Of a DNA stretch of 64,000 nt, positions 20,333-31,315 are shown piece after piece. The DNA lies in contig MWCH01000003.1 in NCBI GenBank assembly GCA_002069945.1, positions 3,040 through 67,039 of the forward strand, read 5' to 3'. The position numbers and the translations under genes were made by a program. This DNA is from Microgenomates group bacterium ADurb.Bin219 (GTDB taxonomy: Bacteria; Patescibacteriota; Microgenomatia; UM-FILTER-40-11). The notes under the pieces were generated by a model. That model saw nothing but the letters and a program-made list of their open reading frames with translations, made no database searches and was not told the origin of the DNA. Positions within the stretch are counted from its first letter, which is position 1. The number at the start of each line of letters is the position of its first letter.

Positions 20333-22963
20333 ATGGATATCGGTAAAATTCAATCAGCGGAAATAACCACGGAAATGGAGAAATCCTACCTGGATTACGC
20401 CATGAGCGTAATTGTGGCCAGGGCCCTGCCGGACGTCCGGGACGGCTTAAAGCCGGTTCACCGCCGGATTCTTTTCGCCATGCACCAATTGGGACTTTTC
20501 CATACTGCCCATTATTCCAAAAGCGCAAAAGTTGTCGGAGAAGTTTTGGGCAAATACCACCCGCATGGAGATATTGCCCTTTACGATACCTTAACCAGAT
20601 TGGCCCAGAATTTCTCCATGAGATATCCCTTGGTTGACGGCCAAGGAAACTTCGGCTCTATTGACGGCGACTCTCCGGCCGCCATGCGTTACACCGAATG
20701 CCGTCTGGCCGCAATTTCTCAGGAATTATTAGCCGACATTGACAAGGAAACGGTTGATACCAATAGAAACTTTGACAACACCCTGGACGAACCGGTCTTT
20801 TTACCGGCCCGATTACCGAATTTGCTTTTGATGGGCTCGGAAGGAATCGCCGTTGGCATGGCCACCAAAATTCCGCCCCATAACTTAACCGAAGTAGTAG
20901 AGGCCATTGTTAAATTAATTGATAAAGGGAAAATCGTGCAAAGCGCCACTCCCGGACAGGAAGAAAAAGGGGAGGCGATTCTGGAAATCAAAAAGATTGA
21001 AGTTCAAAACGAAAAAGACGAACAAGGTAACCAACTTTCCCTAACTCAAAATAGCGAAGATAAAACAGCTGTTTTTGAATCGGAGGCTTCCATTGACGAT
21101 CTCTTGGAACATATCAAGGGTCCGGATTTCCCAACTGCCGGCATGATTTTTGACCAAAACCAAATCCGCAACGTATATACGGACGGCCGGGGAGTGATTG
21201 TTGTCCGCGGCAGGGCGGAAATTGAAGAAACCAAAGCGGGAAAATTCCAAATTGTCATCAGTGAAATTCCGTATCAGGTTAACAAGGCAAATCTGGTCGC
21301 CAAAATTGCCCGTCTGGCCAAAGATAAAAAAATTGACGGAATTTCCGACCTCAGAGACGAATCCGACCAACACGGTATCCGCGTCGTCGTGGAATTAAAA
21401 AGAGACGCCCGGCCCAAAGCGGTCTTAAACAATTTATACAAGCACACGGAAATCCAAACCACCTTCCCGGCTAATTTTGTCGCCCTGGTAGACGGTACCC
21501 CAATGACTTTGAACCTTAAACAAATTCTGACGGAATATGTCCGTCACCGCCATCTGGTTGTCAAAAGAAGAACCGAATTTGAGCTTAAAAACGCCAAGGC
21601 CAGAGCTCATATTTTAGAAGGCCTTAAAATCGCCTTGGATCATCTGGACGAGGTTATCGAAACAATCAAAAAATCAAAGGATGCCGAAGATGCCAAACAT
21701 AACCTGGTTACCAAATTCGGTTTGACGGAAATCCAGGCGACGGCGATTTTGGATATGCAATTAAGACGGTTGGCGGCCTTGGAAAGACAAAAAATTGAAG
21801 ACGAATACAAAATGATTGTAGAAACGATTGCTTATCTGACCGATCTGTTGGAGCACCCGGAAAAAATACTGGCCGTCATCAAAGAAGAATTGATTAAATT
21901 AAAAGAAAAATACGGCGATCCCCGCCGGACCAAAGTTTTCAAAATGCCGATCGGCGAATTCTCCGAAGAAGATCTGGTTCCGGCCGAAGAAACCATAATC
22001 ACCGTTACCCAAACCGGTTACGTCAAAAGAGTGACCAAAGACACTTATCGTTCACAAAAACGCGGCGGGAAGGGCGTTATGGGGATGAAAACCAAAGAAG
22101 AAGACGCGATTGCTTATCTTTTGTCCGCCAACACCCATGATTACATCCTCTTTTTTACGAACAAAGGCCGGGTTTTTAAGTTGAGAGTCTGGGATTTACC
22201 AGAAGGCTCACGACAAGCCAAAGGCCAGGCAATTATTAACTTAATCAATATTGATCAGGGTGAAAAAATTCAATCAATTCTCACTATTCCTAAAGATAAA
22301 GACCCCGAACGCCGATTCCTTTTCCTGGTGACCAAGAACGGAACAGTGAAAAAAACCGCCATTGAAAAATACGACAATATCCGGTCTTCGGGACTAATCG
22401 CCATTAAACTTTCCCCGGGGGATGAACTTTGCTGGGCAAAAGTCACTTCCGGCAATAACCATATCCTTTTAGTTTCCCACAACGGCAAATCCATTCGTTT
22501 CGCCGAAAAAGACGTCCGGCCAACCGCCAGAGACACGATGGGCGTCCGGGGAATTAAACTCCAAAGCGGTGACTACGCCATCGGAATGGAAATTTTGCCG
22601 GAAAAAACCGAAAAACCGAAAGACGGCCGCAAAAAGTTTTTCAATGATGTTTTAGTGGTAATGGAAAAAGGTTTGGGAAAAAGAACCGACTTCTCCGAAT
22701 TTCCTTTGCAAAATAGGGGAGGCCAGGGCGTCAAAGTTGCCGAAGTGACCGAAAAAACCGGCAAAGTCATTTGTTGTCAGTTTGTTTCCGAAAGCGTTGA
22801 TCAGGTAGTTTTAACTTCCAAATTTGCGCAAATAATCAAACTGCCTTTGAAAAATATTCCCCGGCTTGGTCGGGCAACCCAAGGAGTAATTCTGATGCGT
22901 TTTGCCAAAGACGCCAACGATTCGGTCGCCGCGGTCACCTATTTGGAAAAAGACGAAGAATAA
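20333..22963 (+). CDS. gyrA: DNA gyrase subunit A
   Basis: [26 protein letters not shown] with active-site Tyr context; a C-terminal beta-pinwheel domain. Confidence 0.95.
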   Translation: MDIGKIQSAEITTEMEKSYLDYAMSVIVARALPDVRDGLKPVHRRILFAMHQLGLFHTAHYSKSAKVVGEVLGKYHPHGDIALYDTLTRLAQNFSMRYPLVDGQGNFGSIDGDSPAAMRYTECRLAAISQELLADIDKETVDTNRNFDNTLDEPVFLPARLPNLLLMGSEGIAVGMATKIPPHNLTEVVEAIVKLIDKGKIVQSATPGQEEKGEAILEIKKIEVQNEKDEQGNQLSLTQNSEDKTAVFESEASIDDLLEHIKGPDFPTAGMIFDQNQIRNVYTDGRGVIVVRGRAEIEETKAGKFQIVISEIPYQVNKANLVAKIARLAKDKKIDGISDLRDESDQHGIRVVVELKRDARPKAVLNNLYKHTEIQTTFPANFVALVDGTPMTLNLKQILTEYVRHRHLVVKRRTEFELKNAKARAHILEGLKIALDHLDEVIETIKKSKDAEDAKHNLVTKFGLTEIQATAILDMQLRRLAALERQKIEDEYKMIVETIAYLTDLLEHPEKILAVIKEELIKLKEKYGDPRRTKVFKMPIGEFSEEDLVPAEETIITVTQTGYVKRVTKDTYRSQKRGGKGVMGMKTKEEDAIAYLLSANTHDYILFFTNKGRVFKLRVWDLPEGSRQAKGQAIINLINIDQGEKIQSILTIPKDKDPERRFLFLVTKNGTVKKTAIEKYDNIRSSGLIAIKLSPGDELCWAKVTSGNNHILLVSHNGKSIRFAEKDVRPTARDTMGVRGIKLQSGDYAIGMEILPEKTEKPKDGRKKFFNDVLVVMEKGLGKRTDFSEFPLQNRGGQGVKVAEVTEKTGKVICCQFVSESVDQVVLTSKFAQIIKLPLKNIPRLGRATQGVILMRFAKDANDSVAAVTYLEKDEE

Positions 22964-23832
22964 TCAACAATTTTCTCCTTCAATTCCGCAATTTGCCGGG
23001 CGTAAGTCTTTCCCGCATAGTTAATTCCCAGGAAAAAAAGAAGAAAAGCAATCAGGGCCAAAACAAATGAAAAACCAAAAGTCGGTTCTTCTTTTCTGAC
23101 CGCCGGAAAGGGCATCCTCAAATACTTTTTAAAAACAATCTTGCCCAGATAATGGGGCAAATAAAATAAAAAGCCCAATAACAAACCATTTCTGAATCTC
23201 CGTCCGGAAGTTAAGACCCGATGGTCAAAGCTGAATTTAATCCTCCCGACGTGGCTTAATCTTTGGCAAATTTCAGCATCCTCGCCGACACTTAGCCTTA
23301 CGGCAAACCCGCCTATTTGTTGAAAAGCTTTCTTTTTGACTGCCAGATTAACTCCGCCAAGAGTCCAGTGGCCGTTGATTACCCGATCCAACCGCCAAAG
23401 CAAAAAAGAAAAATTAGCTGTTATTATCCGAGCCAACCAGGAACCGGAATAAAAAGAAAAGGGTCCGCCGAAAGCAACCAAGTCCGGATTCTCGGCAAAT
23501 TCCCGATAAATCCGGCTTAGCCAACCTGAAGGCAAAATCGTATCCGCATCGGTGGTCGCGATTATCTCGGCTTTCGCGGCAAAAAAACCCGCCTGACGGG
23601 CAACGGAAACTTTTTTCTCCGGCGCAAAAATTACCCTTGCGCCGAATTCTTTGGCAATAGCAGCTGTCCTGTCGGAAGAATTATTATCAACAACAATAAT
23701 TTCAAAATCTTTAAAATTTTGTTTTTGAACACTAAGCAAGGTTTTCCCTAAAAATTTTTCTTCGTTATAAGCCGGGATAACCAGGGAAATTTTCGGCTTA
23801 ACCAAATCTTTGGCGAAATATTTTTTTCCCAT
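22939..23832 (-). CDS. Family 2 glycosyltransferase with C-terminal TM segments
   Basis: LVIPAYNEE...[11 protein letters not shown] motifs. Confidence 0.8.
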   Translation of the reverse strand: MGKKYFAKDLVKPKISLVIPAYNEEKFLGKTLLSVQKQNFKDFEIIVVDNNSSDRTAAIAKEFGARVIFAPEKKVSVARQAGFFAAKAEIIATTDADTILPSGWLSRIYREFAENPDLVAFGGPFSFYSGSWLARIITANFSFLLWRLDRVINGHWTLGGVNLAVKKKAFQQIGGFAVRLSVGEDAEICQRLSHVGRIKFSFDHRVLTSGRRFRNGLLLGFLFYLPHYLGKIVFKKYLRMPFPAVRKEEPTFGFSFVLALIAFLLFFLGINYAGKTYARQIAELKEKIVDYSSSFSK

Positions 23833-24323
23833 TGCTGTAATTTTATCTTAAAAGGAAAAATACTGCCATTTTTTCTTTTACAAAAGGCATTTTTTGAAGC
23901 TGAAAGGCCTTAAAATGCGGCTAAAAGGCAGGGAAAAGCAAAAGCGGGGAATTTGCCCATCCAAAAAGGGAAAAACGGCGATAGAAAAACCTTGCGGAAA
24001 TTTTAACCGCTTAAACCGGATCTTTCCCGACCTCTCCCCTGAAAACAAAAATTTTCCAAAATTATCGTCTCTTAAAATCACAATTCCAACTGTTATGAAT
24101 AAAAATATATCAGAAGAGCAGGACAAGACAGTGAGCAGAGTAAAAAAGGACAAGGAATAGAACAAGAAAAGAAAGAGAATAAGAGGGAAGAGGGAACAGA
24201 GAAAAAAACCCCAAGTTTGCTCCCGCCCTACCCTCTCTCCTCTCTTGCCCTGTTCCTTTTAAACCCTATAGTAATAAGTGTACAAATCCCATAGAGTATA
24301 GATAGCTAAAGGAAGTTTTTTCG

Positions 24324-25268
24324 CTATGTGTTTTTCTTAATTTCCGCCAGAGGATGGAATTTACGGTGGGTTTCTTCGGCAAACTTATCCGAAGCGTGAA
24401 CGTAACGGGTTGTTGTATCCAAAGACTCATGGCCAAGTAAAATCTGGATGGCTGCCGGGCTGGCGCCGGATTCCGCCAGATATGTAGCAAAACCGTGCCT
24501 TAAAGAATGGGCGCTGGTCGGAACGTTAATCCCCAACTTTTCCCGATATTGTTTGATCTTCATTTGAATATAATTGGGAGAAAGCCGTTTTTGGTTTAAT
24601 TTGGCGTTAACGCCGTTGTAAGGGATAAAAAGGGCTTTGGCCGTATCGGTCCGGGTGGAAAGGTATCTTTCCAAAAAGTTTTGCGCCCGGGCGGTTAAAT
24701 AAACAAACCTTTCCTTTCTGCCTTTGCCCATGATAAAAATCCGGCCGCTATGATCAATATCAACACGGTTTAAATGACAAAGTTCCGAAATCCTTATTCC
24801 GGTGGAAAATAATAATTCCAAAATCGCGCGGTTTCTTAACCCGATCAAAGAATTCTTTTCAAAAACCAGCGGGGATTCTATTAACCTGACCAATTCTTCC
24901 AGTTCCGCCACCTGGCCGTGCCTTTTTTCCGTTTTAACCAACTTGATCGTTTCCGGCGGAACCGGCACTTTGTAATCCATGTCGATAAGATATTTTAAAT
25001 AGCTCCTTAAGGATGACAAAGTCCTATTCAGGCTACCAGAACCAAGACCGGAGTGAATCTCGCCTTTTACGGGCGTTCTACGGTCAACTGAAGCTAAATA
25101 TGCTTTATATTGATTGACTATTCTCTTGTCAACCCGGTCAAAGGGGAGAGCGGAGTCCTCAAGGAAGCGGGCGAAGGTGGTCAAATCACGTTCATAGTTA
25201 TAAACCGTTTCAGGAGAATAATTATTGGTTTTCAAATTTAATAAAAAATCATCAAAGAGAGGTAACAT
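24324..25268 (-). CDS. xerC: Tyrosine site-specific recombinase (XerC/XerD-like)
   Basis: HSLRHGFAT...LLGHESLDTTTRYVH catalytic R-H-R-Y motifs. Confidence 0.8.
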   Translation of the reverse strand: MLPLFDDFLLNLKTNNYSPETVYNYERDLTTFARFLEDSALPFDRVDKRIVNQYKAYLASVDRRTPVKGEIHSGLGSGSLNRTLSSLRSYLKYLIDMDYKVPVPPETIKLVKTEKRHGQVAELEELVRLIESPLVFEKNSLIGLRNRAILELLFSTGIRISELCHLNRVDIDHSGRIFIMGKGRKERFVYLTARAQNFLERYLSTRTDTAKALFIPYNGVNAKLNQKRLSPNYIQMKIKQYREKLGINVPTSAHSLRHGFATYLAESGASPAAIQILLGHESLDTTTRYVHASDKFAEETHRKFHPLAEIKKNT

Positions 25269-25866
25269 CTTTTATATTTTACAATAAATAAAACATCCTT
25301 TTAACTCAACCCAATTAGACAGGGGACTCTAATGTCCAAGCCTCTGGAAAAAACTGAGTGTTAGAGATATTATACTCAGTATAGTCATTTAACCTTATTC
25401 CTGTCAAGAACCAAAAAAATCATTACTAAACCCTTTTGGAGAAACAAGCAAATATGATTGTTTATCTATATTGCTGTTCTCTTCGGGGACTGCTTGTTAA
25501 AAAAACTAAAAATAGCACCTTTTAAGCCCTCTCTTGTCATCAAACCAAAAGAAGAGGCCGCCTGATTTATCCACAATAAGGAAACAAGGCTAAATAAACA
25601 AGACAAGATTATCAAACTATATCATTTGAAGCTAAATTATTCATAAAAGCACGGAAAAGAAGAGAAAACGAGCCTATTTACCGCTCTTTTTTGCATTATT
25701 CCTCCACAAAACTGGCAAAGTTTATATTTAATTGCCAGAAAGAGAAAGAAGATAAATACCTATCGTGAAAACTTAAAGGACCTATTAGTGAAAATAATAA
25801 CTATTATAGGATATTATTATAGGCCTCTGCCCTCTCTCCCCGACTTCGGATCTCCGGCCTAAAAAT

Positions 25867-26646
25867 TTAACCCCAAGGAGTATAAATAATCAAAGTTAAA
25901 AAAACAATTAAGGCGACGGAAAGATATTCCACAATTGTTTTTTGAAAAAGCCGCTCGTTGAAGTATGCCTGGCCTAAGCCCAAAAAAACATAAAGACAGG
26001 TCGTTAAAAATAAAGAGCCGACCGTAACCGTTACCGGCCAAAAAGAAAGGATAACCGAAATTTCCGCCAAAAAAAGAGAAAAAAGCAAAGAAGAGGAAAT
26101 CAAATCGCGATTTAGCTTTTCCTCAAGCTTTACGGTCCAAAGTCCGGCTAAATTAATCGGAAAAGAAATTAAGCCTGTGGCCAAAAAATTATAATAGAAG
26201 GGTAGTTTTAAAGAAAGAAAGGCGTTAAATAAAAAGAACGAGGTTATCAAGGAAAGAAAGAAACCGACCGCCGAAGCGGAACGGAAAAGATTAATCGTTC
26301 TGATGGCCGCCACGGAAAAAATATTTTCCGTTAATAGAAGAGCGTACATTCCAACCAAATAAACCAAAATTACCGGAACAATGGTTAAAAGCGAAGAAGG
26401 AAGCAAAAAATAAAACAAGGAAACTCCGGCCGTAAAGAATACCGGTAAAATGCAAGTCATTAAAGACGCCAAACCGGTTGCTGCCTCTCTTAACGACCAA
26501 AAAGTCAATAATCCGGCCGTCAAGGAAAGAACGGTAATTGCCTGATATTTCCATTCAAAATCAATTACTTCAAGTAAATAAAGGCCTAACGAAAGAAGAA
26601 TCGCGGATAAGACGAATTTTCGCCTTTTTGTAAGAAGTTTCATCAA
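25867..26646 (-). CDS. Polytopic membrane protein of unknown function (about 8 TM)
   Basis: Hydrophobicity only; no motif recognised. Confidence 0.4.
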   Translation of the reverse strand: MMKLLTKRRKFVLSAILLSLGLYLLEVIDFEWKYQAITVLSLTAGLLTFWSLREAATGLASLMTCILPVFFTAGVSLFYFLLPSSLLTIVPVILVYLVGMYALLLTENIFSVAAIRTINLFRSASAVGFFLSLITSFFLFNAFLSLKLPFYYNFLATGLISFPINLAGLWTVKLEEKLNRDLISSSLLFSLFLAEISVILSFWPVTVTVGSLFLTTCLYVFLGLGQAYFNERLFQKTIVEYLSVALIVFLTLIIYTPWG

Positions 26647-26647
26647 C

Positions 26648-27427
26648 TTAATCGGACTTTGCCAAATCGGAATTGTTTTTGACCTGTTCTAATACTTCTT
26701 CGGGAATATCAAAATTGGCATAAACCTTTAAAACATCATCATGACTATCCAATTTTTCCATCAAATTAAGAATCTTGGCCGCCGCCTTGGCCTCGGCCAC
26801 AGGAACCAAAGTTGTGGGCTTGGACACCAATTCGCTTTTAATGACCACTAAGCCCGCCTCGGAAATCTTTTTCTTCATTTCTTCAAAAATCTCCACGGCC
26901 ACGTAAACCTCAATTCCGTCCTCTACTTCCTCAACGTCTTCGGCGCCCAAATCAATTAATTTTAAGGTCGTCTCTTCGGCATTAGCGCCTTTGTTAACCA
27001 AAATCAAACCTAATTTTTTAAACAAAAAAGAGACTGCCCCCGGCGAACCTAAAGAACCACCTGCCCGATCAAAAATATTTTTTATTTCCTGAACCGTTCT
27101 CTGTCGGTTGTCGGTTGCCGCCTCAACCAAAATGGCGACCCCACCCGGACCGTAACCTTCATAAACCATTTCGTCAATCGTTCCCGCTCCGGAAGCGCCG
27201 CTGGCCCGGTCAATAGCCCTTTGAACATTATCCTTAGGCATATTGACTTCCCTCGCTTTATCTAAAGCCAATCTCAGTTTAAAATTGGAATTCGGGTCCG
27301 TTATCCCGTTTGCTTCTTTAACGGCAATAATTATGGAATTGGTAATTTTGGTAAAAGCCTGACCCCGTTTTTGGTCGGTTACTTCTTTTGCCCGGTGAAT
27401 TGTTGCCCATTTAGAATGTCCGCTCAT
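26648..27427 (-). CDS. YebC/PmpR family transcriptional regulator
   Basis: MSGHSKWATIHRAKEVTDQKRG is a near-invariant YebC N-terminus. Confidence 0.9.
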   Translation of the reverse strand: MSGHSKWATIHRAKEVTDQKRGQAFTKITNSIIIAVKEANGITDPNSNFKLRLALDKAREVNMPKDNVQRAIDRASGASGAGTIDEMVYEGYGPGGVAILVEAATDNRQRTVQEIKNIFDRAGGSLGSPGAVSFLFKKLGLILVNKGANAEETTLKLIDLGAEDVEEVEDGIEVYVAVEIFEEMKKKISEAGLVVIKSELVSKPTTLVPVAEAKAAAKILNLMEKLDSHDDVLKVYANFDIPEEVLEQVKNNSDLAKSD

Positions 27428-27518
27428 ATATTTATGAAGTTGGAAACCGAAAATGTGAGGCTAAAACAAATTTAAATTTCCCGCCTCCCACCTCTCGTCC
27501 TCACTTCCACACCATATT

Positions 27519-28490
27519 CTACCACTTTTCCCAAAGCATTTTCCAGTAGTCTTTCCCCAGGTAGATGGCCAAGTCGGCCCGTCCGGACTCAACTTCCCCT
27601 TCTTCACAGTCCGCCTGCGGAAAAAAAGTTTTTATTTTCCGAAAAGAGTAGGAGTTGGCCGCCTTCGGGTCAACCTTAATTAAAATCTTTTCTCTTAGAT
27701 CGGCATTGGCGATGGTCACTACCCTACCGCCGGAATTTATTAATAGGCGCGCCGCTTGGCCGGCCAGCCCGGAAAGATCCGCCGAATTATAAACGGCCAA
27801 GGCCAGATTTTCTTCACTTAACTTTTGATCAATAAAATATTTGCCCAGAAAAGCATCGGTTTTTGCCAAATCAAATTGCTTTTCCGAATTTAAAAACTTT
27901 TCGGCGTTAAAATCAAAATAGCTAAAATCGGATTCCGGGAAAACCGCCAAGCGACGCAAAAGCCATACTCGGTCGGCCAAAGAAAAATTGGATTTATCTT
28001 TTTTAAACAATGATTTTTTTAAAAATCCTGATATTTCCGATTTTGTTTTTAAAGGAGAGGTGTTTTCTTTGTCAAAAAAATAACCGTCAAGCGAAAGGCC
28101 GAAAAAGTTTTGCAGCGACTCGCGTAAAAGAGTTTCCCCTTTTCCTTCCAACTCGCCTAAGGAATAGATTGAGCCGAGAGGATATTCGCCAAACCCTCGG
28201 GTAAGCAGAATTTTTTTGTCCTGGGGTAATTCCAAAACAATGGTTTTGTCTCCCTTAACCAAGCTTCCGAGAGAAACTATAAAAAAAGAATTTTGGTTTT
28301 TGAGAAGAAAATTTACTCGGGAATAATCCTTAATTTTTGACCGGTAAAGAACCGAAAATAATCCGAAACTTAAGGCCAAAAATAAAACAAACAAAATTAG
28401 TTTGCTTTTGTTAAGCAAATTTACGGACGAATTTCTTAAATTTGAGACCGACCTATTTTTGAAAATCGGTGTCTTTTTTGCGGGCAGCAT
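27519..28490 (-). CDS. Membrane-anchored protein with a LytR_C-like C-terminal domain
   Basis: N-terminal TM. The C-terminus (AVYNSADLSGLAGQAARLLINSGGRVVTIANA) matches the LytR C-terminal domain pattern. Start at ATG 28488-28490. Confidence 0.45.
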   Translation of the reverse strand: MLPAKKTPIFKNRSVSNLRNSSVNLLNKSKLILFVLFLALSFGLFSVLYRSKIKDYSRVNFLLKNQNSFFIVSLGSLVKGDKTIVLELPQDKKILLTRGFGEYPLGSIYSLGELEGKGETLLRESLQNFFGLSLDGYFFDKENTSPLKTKSEISGFLKKSLFKKDKSNFSLADRVWLLRRLAVFPESDFSYFDFNAEKFLNSEKQFDLAKTDAFLGKYFIDQKLSEENLALAVYNSADLSGLAGQAARLLINSGGRVVTIANADLREKILIKVDPKAANSYSFRKIKTFFPQADCEEGEVESGRADLAIYLGKDYWKMLWEKW

Positions 28491-28510
28491 TCTTTCTCTT
28501 TTTAAAAAGT

Positions 28511-29716
28511 TTATCGGCCAAGCCAGTGTTTCCTTAACTTCAAGAAACTTCCCCGGCCAAGACTCTCCCTGATTTCTTGCGTCAACCGAGCCATAAACCA
28601 TAAATTATGATAGGTAGCTAAAGTATAAGCCAAAAGCTCCTTCTCCTTAAAGAGGTGGTTTAAGTAAGCCCGGCTGTGATGCAAACAAGTCTCGCAACGG
28701 CAGTCGCTTTCAATCGGGCTTTCGTCCTTTCCGTAAATCGGCTTGGTAATATCCAGGGTAAATTCTTTCCCCTTCGGCCGGTTTTTTTTTGGAGATTGGG
28801 GCTTAACCAATAAAAGCCCCATTCTGGCCAAACGCGTCGGCATAACGCAGTCAAAAGTATCAATTCCCCTGGCCACCAATTCAAAAATATCGTCAATTTC
28901 CCCTACCCCCAAAAGGTGACGGGATTTTTCTTCCGGCAAGTCGGGAATTACCCATTCCAAAACCTTTGCCATCTCTGTTTTTGACTCTCCGACCGAAACT
29001 CCGCCGATAGCCAGACCGGCGAAAGGCAAAGAACCGACAAACCGGGCCGACTTCTTTCTCAAGTCTTCAAAAACACTTCCCTGAACGATTCCATAAAGAC
29101 CTTGATTAAAGCGGGATCTTTTTTTAAAAGCCTCAAGACAGCGACCGGCCCAGCGGTGAGTTCTTTCCATCGCTTTTTTCGCGTATTCGTAAGTCGCCGG
29201 ATAGTAAGTACACTCGTCAAAGGCCAAAATAATATCCGCGCCCAATTTTTTTTGAATTTCAATTGATTTTTCGGGAGTAAAACGATGAACCGAACCGTCT
29301 TTGAAAGATTTAAAAGTAACCCCATCTTCGTCAATCTTGGCCAATGTCTCCGTTTCGGCGCCGGCCAACGCTCGTCGGCCGCCAAAAGAGCTGTTTCTGG
29401 CCTGGGAAAAAACCTGAAAACCACCGGAATCAGTCATCAATAATTTGTTCCAGCCGATAAAACGATGTAAACCGCCCAGATCAAAAACCCGATCCTCTCC
29501 CGGTTGTAAATGCAAATGGTAAGTATTAACAAAAAAACAATTAAGGTTAATCTTTTTTAATTGCTCAAAATCCAAAGATTTAACCGTTCCCTTGGTTCCC
29601 ACCGGAATAAACTCCGGCGTTAATAGGGTTCCATGAACGGTTTTAATCTCTCCCAAACGGGCGGCCGATTTCCTGTCTTTGGCCAGAATTTTAAATTTTA
29701 ATTCTTTTTCCGCCAT
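28511..29716 (-). CDS. tgt: Queuine tRNA-ribosyltransferase
   Basis: LLMTDSGGFQVFS active-site motif and zinc site CRCETCLHHSRAYLNHL. Start at ATG 29714-29716. Confidence 0.9.
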   Translation of the reverse strand: MAEKELKFKILAKDRKSAARLGEIKTVHGTLLTPEFIPVGTKGTVKSLDFEQLKKINLNCFFVNTYHLHLQPGEDRVFDLGGLHRFIGWNKLLMTDSGGFQVFSQARNSSFGGRRALAGAETETLAKIDEDGVTFKSFKDGSVHRFTPEKSIEIQKKLGADIILAFDECTYYPATYEYAKKAMERTHRWAGRCLEAFKKRSRFNQGLYGIVQGSVFEDLRKKSARFVGSLPFAGLAIGGVSVGESKTEMAKVLEWVIPDLPEEKSRHLLGVGEIDDIFELVARGIDTFDCVMPTRLARMGLLLVKPQSPKKNRPKGKEFTLDITKPIYGKDESPIESDCRCETCLHHSRAYLNHLFKEKELLAYTLATYHNLWFMARLTQEIRESLGRGSFLKLRKHWLGR

Positions 29717-30099
29717 AATATTTTTTTTAAAAACCAAATTGCGGCTGAAACAAGGGCAATATCGGCCAAATTAAAGCTGGGAAAAAACGGCAAAGTAAAA
29801 TAATCAACAACCGCACCCCAAAAAAAACGATCCAATAAATTGGAAATTGCCCCAACCGCAAAAAGCCCGACAGGGACAAAACCTAATCCTCTAATTATTG
29901 ATGGTTTGAGGAAAAACAGCAAAAAGATGACGAGGACTACGGAAATAGCCAAAATCAATTCGCCCGATCCGGAAAAAAGACCAAAAGCGATTCCGGAATT
30001 TAAAATTGCCCGATCTTGAAGAATAAATTGCCTTTTAACTAGCTGGTCAATTATCAGAAGAAAAAGAAGAAGAAAAAGAAAAATTTTGGACTTTTTCAA
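29698..30099 (-). CDS. lspA: Lipoprotein signal peptidase II
   Basis: NSGIAFG and LLDRFFWGAVVDYF motifs. The start is uncertain; TTG at about 30099 fits the gap after the dksA-like stop. Confidence 0.7.
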   Translation of the reverse strand: MKKSKIFLFLLLFLLIIDQLVKRQFILQDRAILNSGIAFGLFSGSGELILAISVVLVIFLLFFLKPSIIRGLGFVPVGLFAVGAISNLLDRFFWGAVVDYFTLPFFPSFNLADIALVSAAIWFLKKILWRKKN

Positions 30100-30110
30100 A
30101 AGAAAAAAAT

Positions 30111-30476
30111 TCACTCTTTCTTTTTTTCGCAATTAGCACAAAGAGTCGCTTCCGGCATAACCATCAACCGATCGGTATCAATCATGTGACCGCAATGATC
30201 GCAAACCCCATACTTGCCGATTTTAATCTTGGCCATGGCTTTTCTCACTTGGATCAATTTGCGTTCAACTTCCTTTTTTAAGGCCTCCGTTGTCGCGTGG
30301 CCGAATTGCTCGTTGGCGTCCGCGTCCGGAGAAGCGTTATTTAAAAGACGGCTTTCGTCCGTGAATGGATCCTGTTTGGCCAAAGACTCCTTTCTCTTCT
30401 CCAATTCTCTTTCTTTAAGATGAAGAAAGTTCTTAATCGGTTCCAGCAGATGATCAGGAAATTGAATTTTGACCAT
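30111..30476 (-). CDS. DksA/TraR-family C4 zinc-finger protein
   Basis: C-terminal CDHCGHMIDTDRLMVMPEATLCANC four-Cys finger, preceded by coiled-coil. Confidence 0.7.
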   Translation of the reverse strand: MVKIQFPDHLLEPIKNFLHLKERELEKRKESLAKQDPFTDESRLLNNASPDADANEQFGHATTEALKKEVERKLIQVRKAMAKIKIGKYGVCDHCGHMIDTDRLMVMPEATLCANCEKKKE

Positions 30477-31140
30477 TTTTTGTTTTTTTAAATATTTTTG
30501 AAATTTTAAGCAAAAACCCGTTTTTCTCTTTTTGGTCTTCGTTGGCCCTCAGATAAAGTAAAAACGCGGCTGTCAAAACAACTAACGCTTCAACCAATAT
30601 TTGCCAGTATAAAGGCTTTCCCGTTGCGATTTCAAGCACCAAAAAAAGGCTAAAAAAGGCAATTATTGCAAAATAAAAAATAAAGCCGATCTTGCCGCTT
30701 TTATACCAGGCGACGGATCGGTAAGTTTTTTCCATCCTAACACTGCCAAGCAAAACCAAAAAAAACAAAAGGGGCGGAAACAATAAAACCCAGGAAAAAT
30801 CAACCGCCAGATTCAGAAGAGCTGTTCCTAGGCCAAAGATTAAAAGTGGAAAAACCAAAGCGTCCGCTATCGGCCACCATTTTAATTTTTGAATACGGCA
30901 AAAGATCAAAGTCGTCGCCACGACAAACAAAAAGCACCCGACCAATAAACCCAAACGCAGTCCCAGATAACCAAAAAAGATAACGGCCAAAGTCAAAGAT
31001 AAAATTTGTTCGTCCGGATAATCCTCTTTTAATTTACGCCAAAAAAGAAAAGCGGCCAAAAAAAGAAAAATAAACCTCCCTAAAAATAACAGCAGATTCA
31101 AGTAAAGTGACAATTGAAAATCAAAAGAAACGAATTTCAT
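30454..31140 (-). CDS. Polytopic membrane protein of unknown function
   Basis: About 6 TM helices; no motif recognised. Confidence 0.4.
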   Translation of the reverse strand: MKFVSFDFQLSLYLNLLLFLGRFIFLFLAAFLFWRKLKEDYPDEQILSLTLAVIFFGYLGLRLGLLVGCFLFVVATTLIFCRIQKLKWWPIADALVFPLLIFGLGTALLNLAVDFSWVLLFPPLLFFLVLLGSVRMEKTYRSVAWYKSGKIGFIFYFAIIAFFSLFLVLEIATGKPLYWQILVEALVVLTAAFLLYLRANEDQKEKNGFLLKISKIFKKTKNGQNSIS

Positions 31141-31144
31141 CTTG

Positions 31145-31229
31145 TGGCCAGGGAGGGAGTTGAACCCTCAAGTTTCTTTCGAAACATAGGTTTTTGAGAC
31201 CTACGCGTCTGCCATTTCGCCACCTGGCC
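31145..31229 (-). tRNA. tRNA-Leu (anticodon CAA)
   Basis: Manual fold of the 85-nt sequence: 7-bp acceptor (GGCCAGG/CCTGGCC), D-arm, anticodon stem TAGGT/ACCTA with loop CT-CAA-AA, long variable arm GTTTC-GAAA-GAAAC, T-arm GAGGG-TTCAACT-CCCTC, discriminator A. No CCA is encoded. Confidence 0.85.
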
Positions 31230-31315
31230 AAATTGTTATTTTTTTGAGGCTCCAAAGCCGGAAAAGCAATCCTCTAAGTTTACCATATTCATGCCATATT
31301 CGGAAAGAGAAAAAA

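Noticed and set aside
20232-20528. 98-aa minus-strand ORF across the ppa/gyrA junction
   Set aside because: It is antisense to two strongly supported genes (ppa and gyrA) and has a Pro/Arg/Trp-rich composition.
23878-24165. Overlapping 95-aa (minus) and 88-aa (plus) ORFs in the 490-bp gap downstream of xerC
   Set aside because: Both are low-complexity (Lys- or Phe-rich) translations of a purine-rich tract, and they overlap each other almost completely. The region is more likely non-coding.
24324-25268. The tyrosine recombinase as a marker of a prophage or integrative element
   Set aside because: I saw no flanking phage or mobile genes, no tRNA or tmRNA target next to it, and no direct repeats. 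It is most simply the chromosomal XerC/D-type dimer-resolution recombinase, so I left it as a CDS, not a mobile element.
25269-25866. tmRNA (ssrA) or another structured RNA next to the recombinase
   Set aside because: I could not find a tRNA-like acceptor/T-arm pair (GGGG...GTTCGANTCC...CCA) or a tag-peptide reading frame on either strand, so I did not call an RNA gene.
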